Positions 1-12,460 are shown, numbered from the stretch's first letter. The stretch: 64,000 bases of DNA from Eledone cirrhosa (GCA_964016885.1 OZ024744.1:19406001-19470000); one strand, 5' to 3'. The notes: generated by a model not told the origin, from the sequence alone. Numbers and translations are program-made.

Positions 1-133
1 CTAAGGTTTCAAGAAACTAGATGATCCTTACAGAAACGTCCGGCTCGTTCATCAAATGAAAAAGTTATGATAACTATTTCATGGAATAATTATATTGTGT
101 TGTTTATTATGTAATTAAATAGCTCTATACAAT

Positions 134-480
<347 letters not shown>

Positions 481-489
481 TTTATGTCA

Positions 490-1090
490 GGTCACCAGTT
501 GGTGCTACTGGTAACATGTATCCCAGTACAACCTGTCTCATGGTCGGGTCGTTGACGACTAAACTGGCAACCCCACCAAGGTTTCTTGGTGAGGAGGGTG
601 ACTTTGGACATCCTGCAGGACTAAAAACAAAACCTGTCAAAGGGCAAAGGAGCTCTTAAGAGTCAATGGCCATCCAAAATCACCGGGAGAGATGACCCCT
701 TAGCCTTTGTCAAGGCAGAATTCTAGGAGAAGGAAAACTCTGATATAACACCTGCAACTCTGATGGTATCCAATGATGTTGACTTGTTCTTCTTTGTGGT
801 AAATATCATCTTGGTTAAGAGAGTGGGACTGGCTTTGTGAAGTGCCTTTGCTCACTATAAAAGCTTCACGGCACAGGCATTTTTTTATATCTGGAGATCT
901 CTCTGCACTTGTCATCACATGGTATCATGGGCCCAGCACTGTCAATATTTGTCACAAGTGTAGTGTTTGTACCAGAGTTTTCAAGTTGCTGTCTGGACTA
1001 AAAAGTCACACTCGTTCAGCGCATCGGTAGGAGTTTTCCTACATGGATATAAAGTAGTGGCCGTACTCGAAAACGAGTTGGCAGCCACCA
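490..1090 (+). mobile_element. Internally deleted RTE-like LINE relic
   Basis: ORF 842-1030 ends in a C2H2-like motif (CSVCTRVFKLLSGLKSHTRSAH) of the type found at the C-terminus of RTE/BovB-like ORFs. It is flanked by microsatellites. Family assignment is inference. Confidence 0.4.
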
Positions 1091-1923
1091 TGTATATATA
1101 TATATATGTATATACAATATACACCTTAGTTGGGTATATTGGTATTTCATATGATATACTTTAACGACTGAAGACAGAATAGAGAAAAATAAGACAAAAA
1201 CACCAAGAGAGCCTAGAGTAAAAAAGCCAAGACCGATAAATAAAACACCCGTAGACAGGATAAAAACAAAACACACACACACAGGCACAGGCGCAAACGC
1301 ATGCGCAGACATGAAATTAAAAAAAAAACGCATTACGAAACAAAAAACAAATCAAGATATAATAGAAATATAAGACCAGTAATAAACAGATAATAATTGA
1401 GGAAGTCACAGAATGTGTGACGAAAGAACTTTGACAAACAAATGAATAACGAACAATAAGCATAAAATGAAAATTATATGGTGTGTGTGTTTCTTTCTAT
1501 TGGCAATATTGGCAACATAATTATCTCCAAATATAACAATACACACACACATATACGCACACATGAGCGCAAACACACACACACATTGTTAGGCGACCCT
1601 CAAGCGCCTTAAAGCTGTAAGTAGTATACGCAACGATTAATTCTGATCAAAAGCGGTATACTGTTCCCTATCTCGACCAATTTCTTTTTTCTTGTATGTG
1701 GACTCATCCAGGCAACCCCAGCAAATGTTTAAAAACGTTCTGAATCAATTTTACCAATAGTTAATTTGAAAAATTCCTGAAATAACATGAAAAACTTAAG
1801 AAATATTAGGTTTTCTTAGTAAATCACACAACTCCTATAAGAGAGACGCATTTTTATTTACAATAATTTCTATAGAATCAAGAACATAATGTGAACACTG
1901 AATATTGAACATTTTTGCATAAG

Positions 1924-2083
1924 GGTCGGACGCCATGCTTTCCAGCATAGTTACGTCCCTTTACGGTCTGAGTTCAAATCCCTCCAAGGTTAACTTTGCC
2001 TTTCATCCTTACGGGTTGATAAAATAAAGTACCTGTAATGTACTGAGATAATGGCTGGCCTTGTGCCAAAAGTAGAAACAATT
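1924..2083 (+). mobile_element. tRNA-derived Nin-domain SINE (5'-truncated)
   Basis: B box gagttcaaatcc, core actttgcctttcatccttacggg..gataaaataaagtacc, and 13-bp TSD atttttgcataag at 1911-1923 and 2084-2096. Confidence 0.85.
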
Positions 2084-2336
2084 ATTTTTGCATAAGAGAG
2101 GATTTAGTGGCAGTTTTACGGTTTTCGGTAACGATCTGTAAAACAAATTATTTCTCAGTTTCATCTTTTCTGAAAATGTTATTGTAATCCTGAATGAGTT
2201 TGACACCTCTTTCTGCAACATCATTCACAACAACTGTCTTCTCAAGTTTTTCAAGTCCACTTTTGTAACCAGGATCATCCTTCCATGTTGAACGGTTTTT
2301 GTCGAGGAAATCGGTGCTGATACAAAATCTCGGTAA

Positions 2337-3650
2337 TCATCTCGCTGTTGTTTCTACGTAGAGAGGTGGGTGGTATTCAAGAAATCCAAGAAAGGTAGAG
2401 AGGACATCATCAGGAACTTCATTGCTACCAGTTATATAAACCTTCTTGTTGAGTTTCGTTGAAGTTTCTCTAAATCTTTTGAAAAACGCCATGTCTGGAC
2501 CAGAAGTTGCACCCATCAGCCAGTCGAAAGAGCTCCTCAGAACTAACTCAAAAATGTTATGACGGCAAGGGAAGTACATGTCACGATTGAACAATTTTTG
2601 TAGATTTTTATAGGCACCATTTACTCGATTTGTGTTGCTTGCTGCCGTATCACAGCAATGTGCCTGAATTTTGTCGGTTATACACCACTCCACTGCTTGG
2701 TAAACAGCCATGGCTTGTTGATCTCCTGAAGATGTTGGAATTTCAGGAACTCCCAACAATTGCTTCTTGCCTTGAGAAGTTAGTATTATTGCTAGTTTAT
2801 CAACCTTTTCAACACCTGTCAGTGCTGGGAGCAGCTTTCCATCACAGTGCAACACTAATTCTTGACCGTTATTTAGGTTAAATTTTGTGTTGTATTTCTG
2901 TGTGTCTCGCTTCTCTAAATTTTTTCTAAGGCGTTGAAAAGAAGTGCGATTTATTACCAGGTTTTCAGTATCACGCCGGAAAGCCTTTGCAGCAGCCATT
3001 AATATGTAAACAAGGGCGGTGAATTGGCAGTATCGGTAGAGGGTCGGACGCCATGCTTTCCAGCATAGTTACGTCCCTTTACGATCTAAGTTCAAATCCC
3101 GCCGAGGTTGACTTTGCCTTTCATCCTTACGGGGTCGATAAAATAAAGTACCAGTAATGCACTGGGTAATTGCTGGCCTTGTGCCTAAAGTAGAAACAAT
3201 TAATATGTAAACCCCATTTCTGTCAGATTTTGCACCTATCAAAAAGTTTAGAGAGACGGGAAGTAAAAAACTGCAATGTTCCTCGAGTTGCTGAAACTGT
3301 TGTTGCTGTTGCTGATATTTGCTGAACGATGACAGAGGAATATTCACTGTCATCACCACCACCACTGCTTTGGCTGCTTGATGTTGAATCATCAGTTTCT
3401 GATGTAGCAAACTGATGAGTAGCAAAATCTTGTTCCATTTCTTCATTCGACCTTTTTTCCTGACAGTTTCCATTGAAGTGTACTTCAGTGTTCTTACTCT
3501 CTTGTGTTTTAGTTTTTGATCTACACCAACCATGGAACCCGGTCGTTCTATTTGGTGCTGAAGCATTAAGAAATTCTTCTCCTCTTCAATTTTCATCTGT
3601 CCCAAAGCATCTGAATGAGCTATCTCAAATAAATCGTCCATTATTTCCAC
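2337..3650 (-). pseudogene. hAT-like transposase pseudogene, frameshifted and SINE-interrupted
   Basis: Removing the SINE at 3012-3198 and one TSD copy joins SDRNGVYIL to MAAAKAF..., restoring a continuous reading. Confidence 0.7.
3012..3198 (+). mobile_element. tRNA-derived Nin-domain SINE (near full length)
   Basis: A box tggcagtatcgg, B box aagttcaaatcc, Nin-type core, and 14-bp TSD attaatatgtaaac at 2998-3011 and 3199-3212. Confidence 0.9.
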
Positions 3651-4623
3651 AAAAAGTTCTCTTATTTTTCCTTGCCTACAGTTCTAGTCAAGTTTTTCTG
3701 TAAACCTTTCCATTCGTCATAGCGTTTGAGTACCTTATGAACGCAGGGGTCAGTTCTTCTGGTAGGAATTCGTGCTTTTTGCCCCCCAAAATAGAAACTT
3801 CTTGAATCACTGATGCTGCACTTTCCTTTGTTGTAAGATTTACAACTCTTGACAATTCGAGAGTAGTTTGGCTCCCATTATTTGATTGGAAATGAAGTCA
3901 ACAAGAGTCACATGAAAATTTTTTCTTAACTTGTGTGATGAACTACCAGAAGAAGATGATGCCATTTCACAGTCTAGGAAGAACACGTCACAGAAGTTCC
4001 TTCGCACCTGCACAAACAGTTCTGAAAGAAAAAAGGAAGAATTAACCATCAAAGGCATCATATCTGGCCACAAAATAAGTATACAAAGTATATAACATTA
4101 AAAAAACGGAGAGCTTATAAACATGGTATTACAACTTTGTCAGGGCTACCAACATAACAGGGGAAGATCTATATCATAATACCCCACAACAAAATGAACG
4201 AGTGCTTACAAGTTATCTCTCCATATATAAAACGGAAGATGCCTGTCTGTGTGTGTGTATGATTTTTATGCATTTCCACATTTATCTACCGATTTCGGTG
4301 ATTTCTTTCCAATGTGCTCCAAATTTACCAATGATGGTCAACGCGTAATAAACTTTGTCAAACTGTCCTGCTTCTATGAAAACAATCGATAAAACTAAAT
4401 ACATGCTGAACCCTCTCTCTTACACGCTTATTCACTCTCACTACTACCCTCAACAAACTATGAAACTACATAGATGTTGCAGCTGTCTCTCTATATATAT
4501 ATCCCCCACACACACATATACATATACATCTAAAGAGAGAAAGGGAGATGTAGAGAGAGAGAGTGAGATAGGTCATTATACAGAGAGAGGTACAAGATAA
4601 TCAGATGGATAGATAGATAGATA

Positions 4624-6606
4624 TATTTCTTTATTAGCCACAGGGGCACAAAAGAAGGGGACAAATACAAAGGGGGAAGTTTACATACAATAAAAACGTG
4701 TAAAATGTTATCACAGATGGAATTTAAAAGTTAGTCGATTTTCCCCAATAGAGGGAGACAGTTTATATGGGTAACACATACCCCCGAAAAAAATGTGCAA
4801 CCCTCATCTCCAGGAGTACGAAGAGCTTGTACTCCTTTCCTCTCCTCCTCCTTTTCCTCAATCTACAGGCTGATATAGAGAGAAGGCCCATTCACTCGGG
4901 CCATTCTCGCCACTTTCACCCACCTTTCATAAAACTTGCTGGGGTACAGCACCTCTCTCTCCATCCTGATTCTTCTTCCAAAGTGGTATTTGAAAAAAAG
5001 AATCAGTTGTTGGCCGGAGAGAAAGGTGTCTGACCTCAGCCCTTTCAACCTTGTCCACCGTACAACCTCTTTCGCCATAGCTATCACACAAAGGAAAACC
5101 GCCTCTCCTTCGTTTTTGAAGGAGGGTGGCGGTTTGATCATGACAATGGACTCGGTGGTCAACTGGATTGGTCCCACCCGCGACAATAGTCGTTCTACAT
5201 ATCCCCACAGGTCAGTGACGCCCGGGCAGTGTATGAATGCGTGCGCGACGGTTTCTTCGTCTCGCACGCACCTCGGACAGATCTTTTTTGCAGGGTCCCT
5301 GCCCGGGCGCCCATGTCTGTAGAGCTTGTCTCGAACTGGTAGAGCTCCTCGGTAGCACTGCCAGGCCAGGGACTTTTGGAAGTTGTCCATCGGTCCCGGG
5401 CGGAAGGTCCTACCGAACAGACTGGCCAGTTCATCTTCCTCCACGCCCAGAGTTTCACCGAGCGCGTCGTCGCACTTGCTGCGGACCAACCCTCTATAGA
5501 ATGACGAAGTGGAGTCTCCACTGATCGCCGGGTCCGCCTGCCAGAGGGCTGTGAGCGCCTGAGCACATTCGATGTGCCAGTCGCCCATTTTCCTCGGTCT
5601 CTGCTTGACCCAGGACTGCAGCTCGGTCAGTGAGACGAGTCGTGGGAAGGCTCGCCTCACGAACGGGGCCCACACCGGTTGTCCGGTGAGGAATACGTAG
5701 AGATGCCGCAGCCTGAGCGCGTGTTTGCGCATCGTCAACCACGGCATCCCCAGCCCTCCGTTAGAAGGGTGTTGGCAGCAGATGGATCTTCTTACCAAAG
5801 GAGCCCGCCTCTTCCAAAGGAATCGGAAGAGGGCGCGCTCCATTTTGGCGAGCGTTTTGGCTGGACAAGGCACGACGGTCAAGCGGTAGTAGATGGCGGA
5901 CGCTATAAAAGTGTTCGCCACCTCCGCTCGACCTTTCAAGGATAGTTTGCACTCGGCCCACTTCTGGGTGAGTGCAAACACCTTGGCCGTCACTTCGTTC
6001 CAGTTCTTCTCCACCTGGAGGTCCGGACCAAACCAGACCCCGAGCAGCTTTACCGGTCCTTCCGTCCAGCGTCCGACGACGCCATCGGAAGGCATCGGTC
6101 TGCCTCTCCACGATCCGAGTTGCAAACCGATGGACTTGTCCCGGTTCAGCTTCGCTCCTGTGAGACTTTCGTATTCCTTTAGTAAGGTGCCGACTTTCTC
6201 GATTTGCGAGGCGCTCGACACCATTACTGTCACGTCGTCGGCGTAGGCCGACGCCGCTTTCCGCAGTCCCGGTTCCAGAGGGATGCCCTGCAATAGCTCC
6301 AGCTTCCGCAGTAGTGGCTCGAGAGTCAGTACGTACAGAAGGGAGGAGAGAGGGCATCCCTGTCGAATGGATCGCGTAATATGGAACGGCTCCGAGAGGT
6401 AACCGTTCACCTTGACCCTTGAGCAGATGTTGCTGTTGTGCATTGCAGCAATCCAGCCCCTGAACACGGGTCCGAAGCCTGCCGCCTCGAGCACCGCATC
6501 CAGGTAACGATGGTCAACCCTATCGAAAGCCTTAGACTGATCCAAGTTGATCAGGGCCCCACCGAAGCCGGGTTTACACCCTACCCTCTCTATGATGTAT
6601 CGCATG
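4624..6606 (-). mobile_element. 5'-truncated Tx1/L1-type non-LTR retrotransposon
   Basis: Carries the 3' half of ORF2, a 3'UTR and AATAAA. It is flanked by the 21-bp direct repeat agatggatagatagatagata at 4603-4623 and 6607-6627. Confidence 0.9.
4863..6605 (-). CDS. Truncated ORF2: RT core (LDQSKAFD, QGCPLS, YADD) plus C-terminal Cys/His zinc finger
   Basis: Open 580-aa frame, collinear with and highly similar to the C-terminal half of 6857-10294. Confidence 0.9.
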   Translation of the reverse strand: MRYIIERVGCKPGFGGALINLDQSKAFDRVDHRYLDAVLEAAGFGPVFRGWIAAMHNSNICSRVKVNGYLSEPFHITRSIRQGCPLSSLLYVLTLEPLLRKLELLQGIPLEPGLRKAASAYADDVTVMVSSASQIEKVGTLLKEYESLTGAKLNRDKSIGLQLGSWRGRPMPSDGVVGRWTEGPVKLLGVWFGPDLQVEKNWNEVTAKVFALTQKWAECKLSLKGRAEVANTFIASAIYYRLTVVPCPAKTLAKMERALFRFLWKRRAPLVRRSICCQHPSNGGLGMPWLTMRKHALRLRHLYVFLTGQPVWAPFVRRAFPRLVSLTELQSWVKQRPRKMGDWHIECAQALTALWQADPAISGDSTSSFYRGLVRSKCDDALGETLGVEEDELASLFGRTFRPGPMDNFQKSLAWQCYRGALPVRDKLYRHGRPGRDPAKKICPRCVRDEETVAHAFIHCPGVTDLWGYVERLLSRVGPIQLTTESIVMIKPPPSFKNEGEAVFLCVIAMAKEVVRWTRLKGLRSDTFLSGQQLILFFKYHFGRRIRMEREVLYPSKFYERWVKVARMARVNGPSLYISL

Positions 6607-6856
6607 AGATGGATAGATAGATAGATAGATAGAGAGATAGATTTCTTTATTTACCATAAAGGCATAAAAAGAAGGGACAAATACAAAGGGGGAGTTTACA
6701 TATAATCGAGTAAAAAGGGTGTAACATGAAAATAATCGAAAATAACCTCAAAAGGGAGGGGACGTGATGGGGGTTGCACACACCCCCGAAAAAGTGTGCA
6801 ATCCTTTGCCCGGGGAGCACATGGAGAAGGTGCTCCCTTCTCCTTTACTTCTTTAC

Positions 6857-9800
6857 CTACAGGATGGTATACAGAGAAGGCCCATTTACACGAGCCATTC
6901 TCGCCACTATCACCCACCTTTCATAAAACTGCCTGTGGCCAAACACCTCTCTCTCCATTCTTATCCTTCTTCCGAAGTGATATCGGAAGAAGTAGACCAG
7001 ACTATGGCCAGAGAGGAAGTTGCCTGACCTCAGACCTTTCAATCGTGTCCACCAAACAACCTCTTTCAACATGGCTATTACGCACAGAAAAACCGCCTTT
7101 GCTTCCTTTGTGAAGAGGGGAGGCGGTTTGATTGTCATCACGGACTCGGCGGTCAATTTAATCGGCGCCACCCGCGACAGCAGTTGTTCGGCGTAGCCCC
7201 ACAGATCAGCCACGCCCGGACATTGCACCAATGCGTGCGCAACGGTTTCTTCGTGACGCACGCATCTAGGGCAAATCTTTTTTGAGGGATCCCTGCCCGG
7301 GCGCCCGTGTCTGTAGAGCCTCTCTCGAACGGGTAGAGCCCCCCGGTAGCACTGCCAGGCCAGTGACTTCTGGAAGTTGTCCATTGGTCCTGGGCCGAAA
7401 GTCCTACCGAACAGGCTGGCCAGTTCGTCTTCTTCCATGTCCAGCGACTCTCCAAGGGTGTCATCGCCCCTGCTAGCCACCAGCCCTCTATAGAATGCTG
7501 AGGTGGATTCTCCACCGATGGCCCGGCCCGCTTGCCAGAGAGCCCTGAGCGCCTGAGCACACTCAGTGTGCCAGTCTCCCAGTTTTCCGGATCTTTGCTT
7601 GACCCAGGACTGTAGCTCGGTGAGCGAGACGAGTCTCGGAAAGGCTCGTTTCACGAACGGAGCCCACACCGGTTGACCAGTGAGGAATACCTGTAGGTGC
7701 CGTAGCCTTAATGCGTGCCTACGCATCATCAACCACGGCATCCCCAGCCCTCCTTTCGAAGGTTGTTGGCAGCAGATGGATCTTCTCACCATAGGAGGAC
7801 GCTTCTTCCAAAGAAATTGGAAGAGCATGCGTTCCATGGTGGTGAGTGTTTCCTTAGGGCAAGGCACGACAGTCAGGCGGTAGTAAGTGACGGACGCTAT
7901 GTAAATGTTCGCCACCTCCGCCCGGCCTTTTAGGGACAGCTTACACTTGGCCCATTTCTGGGTTAGTGCAAACACCTTGTTCGTAACCTCGTTCCAGTTC
8001 TTTTCCACCTGGAGGTCCGGTCCAAACCAGACGCCAAGCAACTTTACCGGGCCCTCCGTCCAGTGTCCGACGACACCGTCAGGAGGCATCGGTCTGCCTC
8101 TCCACGTTCCGAGTTGCAGCCCGATGGATTTTTCCCGGTTCAGTTTCGCTCCTGACAACTTTTCGTACTCCTCCAGTAAGGTACCGATCGCCTCGATCTC
8201 CGAGGCGGTTGATACCATTACTGTTACGTCATCGGCGTAGGCCGACACCGCTTTGCTCAATCCTGGTTCCAGGGAGATACCCTGCAACAACTCCAACTTC
8301 CTCAGTAAAGGCTCGAGAGTCAATACGTACAGAAGGGAGGAGAGAGGGCACCCCTGTCGAATGGATCGTGTGATTTCGAACGGCTTCGAAAGGTAGCCGT
8401 TCACCTTGATCCTAGAACAGATGTGGTTGCTATGTAGGGCAGTGATCCAGCCTCTGAAAACAGGACCGAACCCAGCCGCCGCTAGCACCGCATCCAGGTA
8501 ACCATGGTCGACCCTATCGAAGGCCTTAGACTGATCTAAGTTGATCAGGGCCCCACCGAAGCCGGGTTTGTTGCCAACCCTCTCTATGATGTATCGCATG
8601 AGGTGGAGGTTATCGTGAATGGACCTGGATGGGATAGCACATGTCTGCGCATCTCCCACCAGGCCACCCACGACAAGCGCCAACCTCTTTGCTAACACCT
8701 TGGCCAAAATCTTTAACTCTGTGTTTAGCAGGGTTATGGGCCGAAAATTATTTATATTATCCCCCTTGTTCTCGTCCTTCCTCACCAGCGTGACTACGCC
8801 CTTGGCTACAGAACAAGGAATTCTCCCGTTCTGCTGCCAATTGCAGTAGACCGCTTCGAGGAGTTCGGAGAAGAAGACCGGCATTGCTAAATAAAGTTCG
8901 TAAGGTATACCATCGAGACCTGGAGATTTGCGTCTGCTGCATTGGCTCAGCGCATCTCCGATCTCATCAGCCGAGATTGGTCCCTCGCAGGACTCTGCCT
9001 CTTCATTCGAGAGACGCGGCAGGCCGTCGAGGTATGGACCGAAATCCACGCCCCCGCCCGGACCCTCGCCTCCCCCGAACAATCGGGCAAAGTGCCTTTG
9101 AAAGGCCTCGCACATCTGCTTAGGCTTCCGGATCACCCGTCCATCTTCGTCTTGCAACGACCGGATGGTGGATCGATTTCCACTCTTAGCTTCTGTCACG
9201 CGGGCCCATCCAACGGCTTTGGCCCCCTCATTACCTAGAGCACGTATTTTACTTCGAATGACGCAGCCTTCGTGCTTTGCATCGAAAAACTGGTTCAAGG
9301 CCGTCCTCGATGCCAGCACTCTGGCCACATCTTCGCTCTTGATTGCCTCTTCTAATTTACCTGTTAATTCTTTCTCGTTTCTATTCCTATCGGCAGCTAA
9401 CATCTTGCTATAACTTATTGATTCTGTTCTAATTTCTCTTTTGAGAGATGCCCACCATCGGTTGTTGACGATTGCACCCGTCAACCTCTCCTTAACTAAT
9501 CTGCTAATCCGGTTTCTGTAAGTCTCTTTTGCCGGTAAAGACAAATTAAGTTTCCAGTAACCGGGACCCTGTCTATGTGTTTTCTCGAGATTGACCACGC
9601 AGGTCACTAATTTGTGATCCGTGTAGCCAACCGTGCGCATTTCTGGACAGCTTAATATGTCCCTATCCTTACTTCTAACTAAGAATCTATCTAAGTACGA
9701 TCTAGATTGACCACTGTGGTTTCTCCAAGTCCAGGTAGGCACAGTTGGAAAATCTAATCGATATCTATCGACCAAGTTAAAACGGTCGAGTAACCCCTTG

Positions 9801-10294
9801 AGGCTGTTACACCCCCCTCTATTAGGACATGCTCCTGCATAGTCCCAACGTGCATCCAGGATGTCATTCCAATCCCCCGCTAGAAGCAGGGAACGCGACG
9901 TTCCCAGAAAAGTCTCCAAACGCTGGAAGAAGTCGGGCCGTTCAGCTCCGAAAGGGGAGTAGACGGCGACCAGTCTCAAGGCCGCACTTTCACTACTGCC
10001 AACGTCTAGCACCAACAAACGACCCTCCGGGTCCGAGTGCACAACCTGTACGGCAAGACCCAGGTGTTTTTGCAGCAGTACGACAACCCCACCCCCACCT
10101 CCAGGTTGACAGAGAGATGCATGCACCTCAAAGTCATCGAAGGTGGGGGCCAGCTGCCGCACGACGCTGATTCGAGTCTCACAGATAACCATTACATTTA
10201 TACTACATGACCTGAGGTCATTTAGAAGCTTTGCTTGCTTCCAAGTTGAGCCCAGGCCACGTGCATTCAAACATCCTACTCTTAACACATCCAT
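6857..10294 (-). CDS. ORF2 polyprotein: APE endonuclease, reverse transcriptase and zinc finger
   Basis: 1145-aa open frame. APE motifs: LNARG, ICET, GDWN, SYLDRF, TDH. RT motifs: KSPGLDG, FRPITLLN, QGCPLS, YADD. Zinc finger: CPRC..ET..H...CP. GPGYWKLN is typical of Tx1/L1 elements. Confidence 0.96.
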   Translation of the reverse strand: MDVLRVGCLNARGLGSTWKQAKLLNDLRSCSINVMVICETRISVVRQLAPTFDDFEVHASLCQPGGGGGVVVLLQKHLGLAVQVVHSDPEGRLLVLDVGSSESAALRLVAVYSPFGAERPDFFQRLETFLGTSRSLLLAGDWNDILDARWDYAGACPNRGGCNSLKGLLDRFNLVDRYRLDFPTVPTWTWRNHSGQSRSYLDRFLVRSKDRDILSCPEMRTVGYTDHKLVTCVVNLEKTHRQGPGYWKLNLSLPAKETYRNRISRLVKERLTGAIVNNRWWASLKREIRTESISYSKMLAADRNRNEKELTGKLEEAIKSEDVARVLASRTALNQFFDAKHEGCVIRSKIRALGNEGAKAVGWARVTEAKSGNRSTIRSLQDEDGRVIRKPKQMCEAFQRHFARLFGGGEGPGGGVDFGPYLDGLPRLSNEEAESCEGPISADEIGDALSQCSRRKSPGLDGIPYELYLAMPVFFSELLEAVYCNWQQNGRIPCSVAKGVVTLVRKDENKGDNINNFRPITLLNTELKILAKVLAKRLALVVGGLVGDAQTCAIPSRSIHDNLHLMRYIIERVGNKPGFGGALINLDQSKAFDRVDHGYLDAVLAAAGFGPVFRGWITALHSNHICSRIKVNGYLSKPFEITRSIRQGCPLSSLLYVLTLEPLLRKLELLQGISLEPGLSKAVSAYADDVTVMVSTASEIEAIGTLLEEYEKLSGAKLNREKSIGLQLGTWRGRPMPPDGVVGHWTEGPVKLLGVWFGPDLQVEKNWNEVTNKVFALTQKWAKCKLSLKGRAEVANIYIASVTYYRLTVVPCPKETLTTMERMLFQFLWKKRPPMVRRSICCQQPSKGGLGMPWLMMRRHALRLRHLQVFLTGQPVWAPFVKRAFPRLVSLTELQSWVKQRSGKLGDWHTECAQALRALWQAGRAIGGESTSAFYRGLVASRGDDTLGESLDMEEDELASLFGRTFGPGPMDNFQKSLAWQCYRGALPVRERLYRHGRPGRDPSKKICPRCVRHEETVAHALVQCPGVADLWGYAEQLLSRVAPIKLTAESVMTIKPPPLFTKEAKAVFLCVIAMLKEVVWWTRLKGLRSGNFLSGHSLVYFFRYHFGRRIRMEREVFGHRQFYERWVIVARMARVNGPSLYTIL

Positions 10295-10327
10295 GTGGGC
10301 GGCAGAGCCAAAGGAGAGTGTAGAGAC

Positions 10328-12227
10328 CTACCTTTCCGCTTCCCGGGGTTCGGGTTGCACGACTTCCATGGGGTCGGGGGTGTTGGGTGAAGGGGTGTCT
10401 TGTGGTGGTGTGGGGTCGTCAGTGTGTGGTGGGGTTGGAGTGTTTGGAGTTGTGTTGGGGAGGGGAAGGGGAGCGGGAAAGCTTTTTAGTAGGACGCGGT
10501 TTATGGGTTTGACAGAGGGTGCTCCTACGTCCTCCTTAAAATCCTTTTTTAGTTTTTGGTAGAGGTTCATTGGGATCTTTATTAGTTTTAAATGTGGGTA
10601 GTTTTCTGACGAAACAAAGTTTACACCTTCGGTCTGTACCGAAGGATTATTGTATATGAGCTCATTTAATTTATTATTGTTTCTGTTGATGTAAGTATAG
10701 TGTAATGTCTTTTTTTCCGATGGTGTGAGTGTTTCGAAGAGGGGAGGGGCAGGTTTGGTTTTGTTTGTTGCTGGAGGGGTGTTTTCTGTTTTGTTGGATT
10801 GTGTTGAGATTTGGGTGGGGGTTGTTTGTCCTTGTGTGTTTTGCACATGTTTTCTTTTTTTCCTTTTAATCTGTCTGAAGGACTCCGTTTCTTCCTCCGA
10901 ATTCGTTGGGTTATCTTCAGTGTTGGCGGGAAGATGTATGTTTGCTGGTAATGTTTCCGTGTTGGTTTTCTTTGTGGGGGAGATGGATGTCACTATGTTA
11001 GACTGTGTTGTGTGTTGTGTCTGCGGTGGTTGTGTTGTTTTATTGAGTGAGAGGTTGGGTGGGCCTGTATTTTGTTTTGGGGTAATGTGTTGTGACTGTT
11101 TGTGTTGTGGTGGTGTTGTGGTTTTACTGAGGGGCGGGTTGGGTGGGAGTGAGTTTTTTTGTTTGTTTATCTGTTGTGGTGGTGGTGGTGGAGCTGGTGT
11201 TGGTAGCAGGGTTTTCTTTTTGTTGAGTTGGGGACAAGCGGCCTTCAGGTGCCCTCTTCCTGCACAGATATGGCAGGACGGCCTTCTCCCCTCCACGCTA
11301 ATGTTTATATACCCGTGGTCCTCTAATAGGATTCTGTCGGGTATTTGGGCGATGCGTTCAGGCTTCATTTGTACTACCAGCTCTATACCTGTTCCACTGA
11401 ACGCATTGCCTGTGGTTTTCCCAATGGAAATCACGTTGTCATTCACTGGATCGATGAAGCCAGCTATGAGCCAGCAGTAGTCCACATCTGGCATCATTGC
11501 ATCCAGCCATATGCGTTGAGTTCTTTTCCCCATATAAGATGGATAAAAGGTGAAATTTTCGAACGAATCGGTGACAAAGCACATTTTTTTGCCGCCGATT
11601 CGTTCTTCATGATAATTGCTAGGCTTCTATACAGTCTGTCTTTTCTTATGAAAGTGGTTTCATTAAGTACTTCTGTGAGTAATGTTTTGATATCTGCTTG
11701 AGAAGGCTGTTCAGGTTTTTTTGTACTGTTGTTGATGGTCCGAAACTTGACCGTTCGGCTTTCAATGTCTTTCGTGAATTCTTGAGGCATTTTTACGGAT
11801 AAAATACCATTCTCTCCTTCACTTATGTATTGTTTGGCGTCCGTGATCCTTCGTACCACATCTGAAATGTTTTCCGCTATATAAGTCAAAGATTTTTTTG
11901 TTTTCTGTGCAAATGAAATCTTGTCGTCTGCTTTGTTTTCTGATATGGTGTTATTTTCAACTGTTATTTTTGTGTTTGTTGTGTCTTTGTTTGTGTTATT
12001 AGTATTGTCATGCAATTTTTCAAATTTTTTTTTTCGTTGTTGGAATCCAAGTCCAGATTTGTGTTTTCGTCATTTAATTTTTTCTCCGCAGATTCGTCTG
12101 TTTTTATTTTAATTTTTCCTTCCTTCTCTATGACGTTAGTTGGGAAGGAAGGGAGGACTAAAGCGTGCGAGCTTACAACTCTTACCGCTGTCCCCCCACC
12201 ACTATTTTCGTTCGCTGCGTTTAACAT
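10328..12227 (-). CDS. ORF1 gag-like protein with CCHC zinc knuckle, split into three frames
   Basis: CHICAGRGHLKAAC knuckle and a Pro/Thr/Gln-rich tail. Frames 11964-12227, 11494-12015 and 10328-11584 join through -1 shifts at an A10 run (12025-12034) and an A7 run (11584-11590). Confidence 0.8.
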
Positions 12228-12460
12228 TTCTGTTAGACGATTGAAATTTTTTACACAAAATTTTTTAAAACAGGTTTTTCACCTCTAGGAGGGGTAAAGA
12301 TGAGCTGACCCACCGCCTGACAGTTCAGACGGAGGGTCAAGCTACACAATTGTATCAAAATTAAGTTTGAACTCACAAAATTTCCTCAATAAATTTGAAC
12401 AAAACTTCTGTGCGAAGTGAATGACATCCACACTGTAGAACAGACGACAGCTAGATATAG

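Larger units (their letters stand above)
1589..4152 (-). mobile_element. Degenerate DDE DNA transposon, hAT superfamily (hATm-like)
   Basis: Broken transposase frames 3069-3650, 3223-3438 and 2337-2999 contain H(W/C)DGKLL, DTAASNT..NGA and CRHN (CxxH-like) motifs. Possible degenerate terminal inverted repeats: ttaggcgaccct (1589) and agggctaccaa (4142-4152). Confidence 0.65.
6638..12453 (-). mobile_element. Full-length Tx1/L1-type non-LTR retrotransposon in a (GATA)n tract
   Basis: 5'UTR, ORF1 (CCHC), ORF2 (APE-RT-zf), 3'UTR and AATAAA. GATA/GA tracts lie at both ends (6612-6640 and 12454-12496) and share gatagatagatagatagatagagaga. Confidence 0.92.

Noticed and set aside
14-45. Possible hammerhead at the window start (ctagatga...gaaacgtc)
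   Set aside because: The core is not CTGANGA, stem II does not pair, and the upstream context is missing.
4215-4600. Possible non-autonomous Helitron hosting the LINEs (with pieces at 12500-13714)
   Set aside because: A TC/TATATAAAA-like start and acccgagcaactagt near 13700 are suggestive, but the boundaries cannot be supported by eye.
4767-12288. Antisense and alternate-frame ORFs over the LINEs
   Set aside because: Shadow frames of GC-rich or low-complexity retroelement coding sequence, with no recognisable domains.
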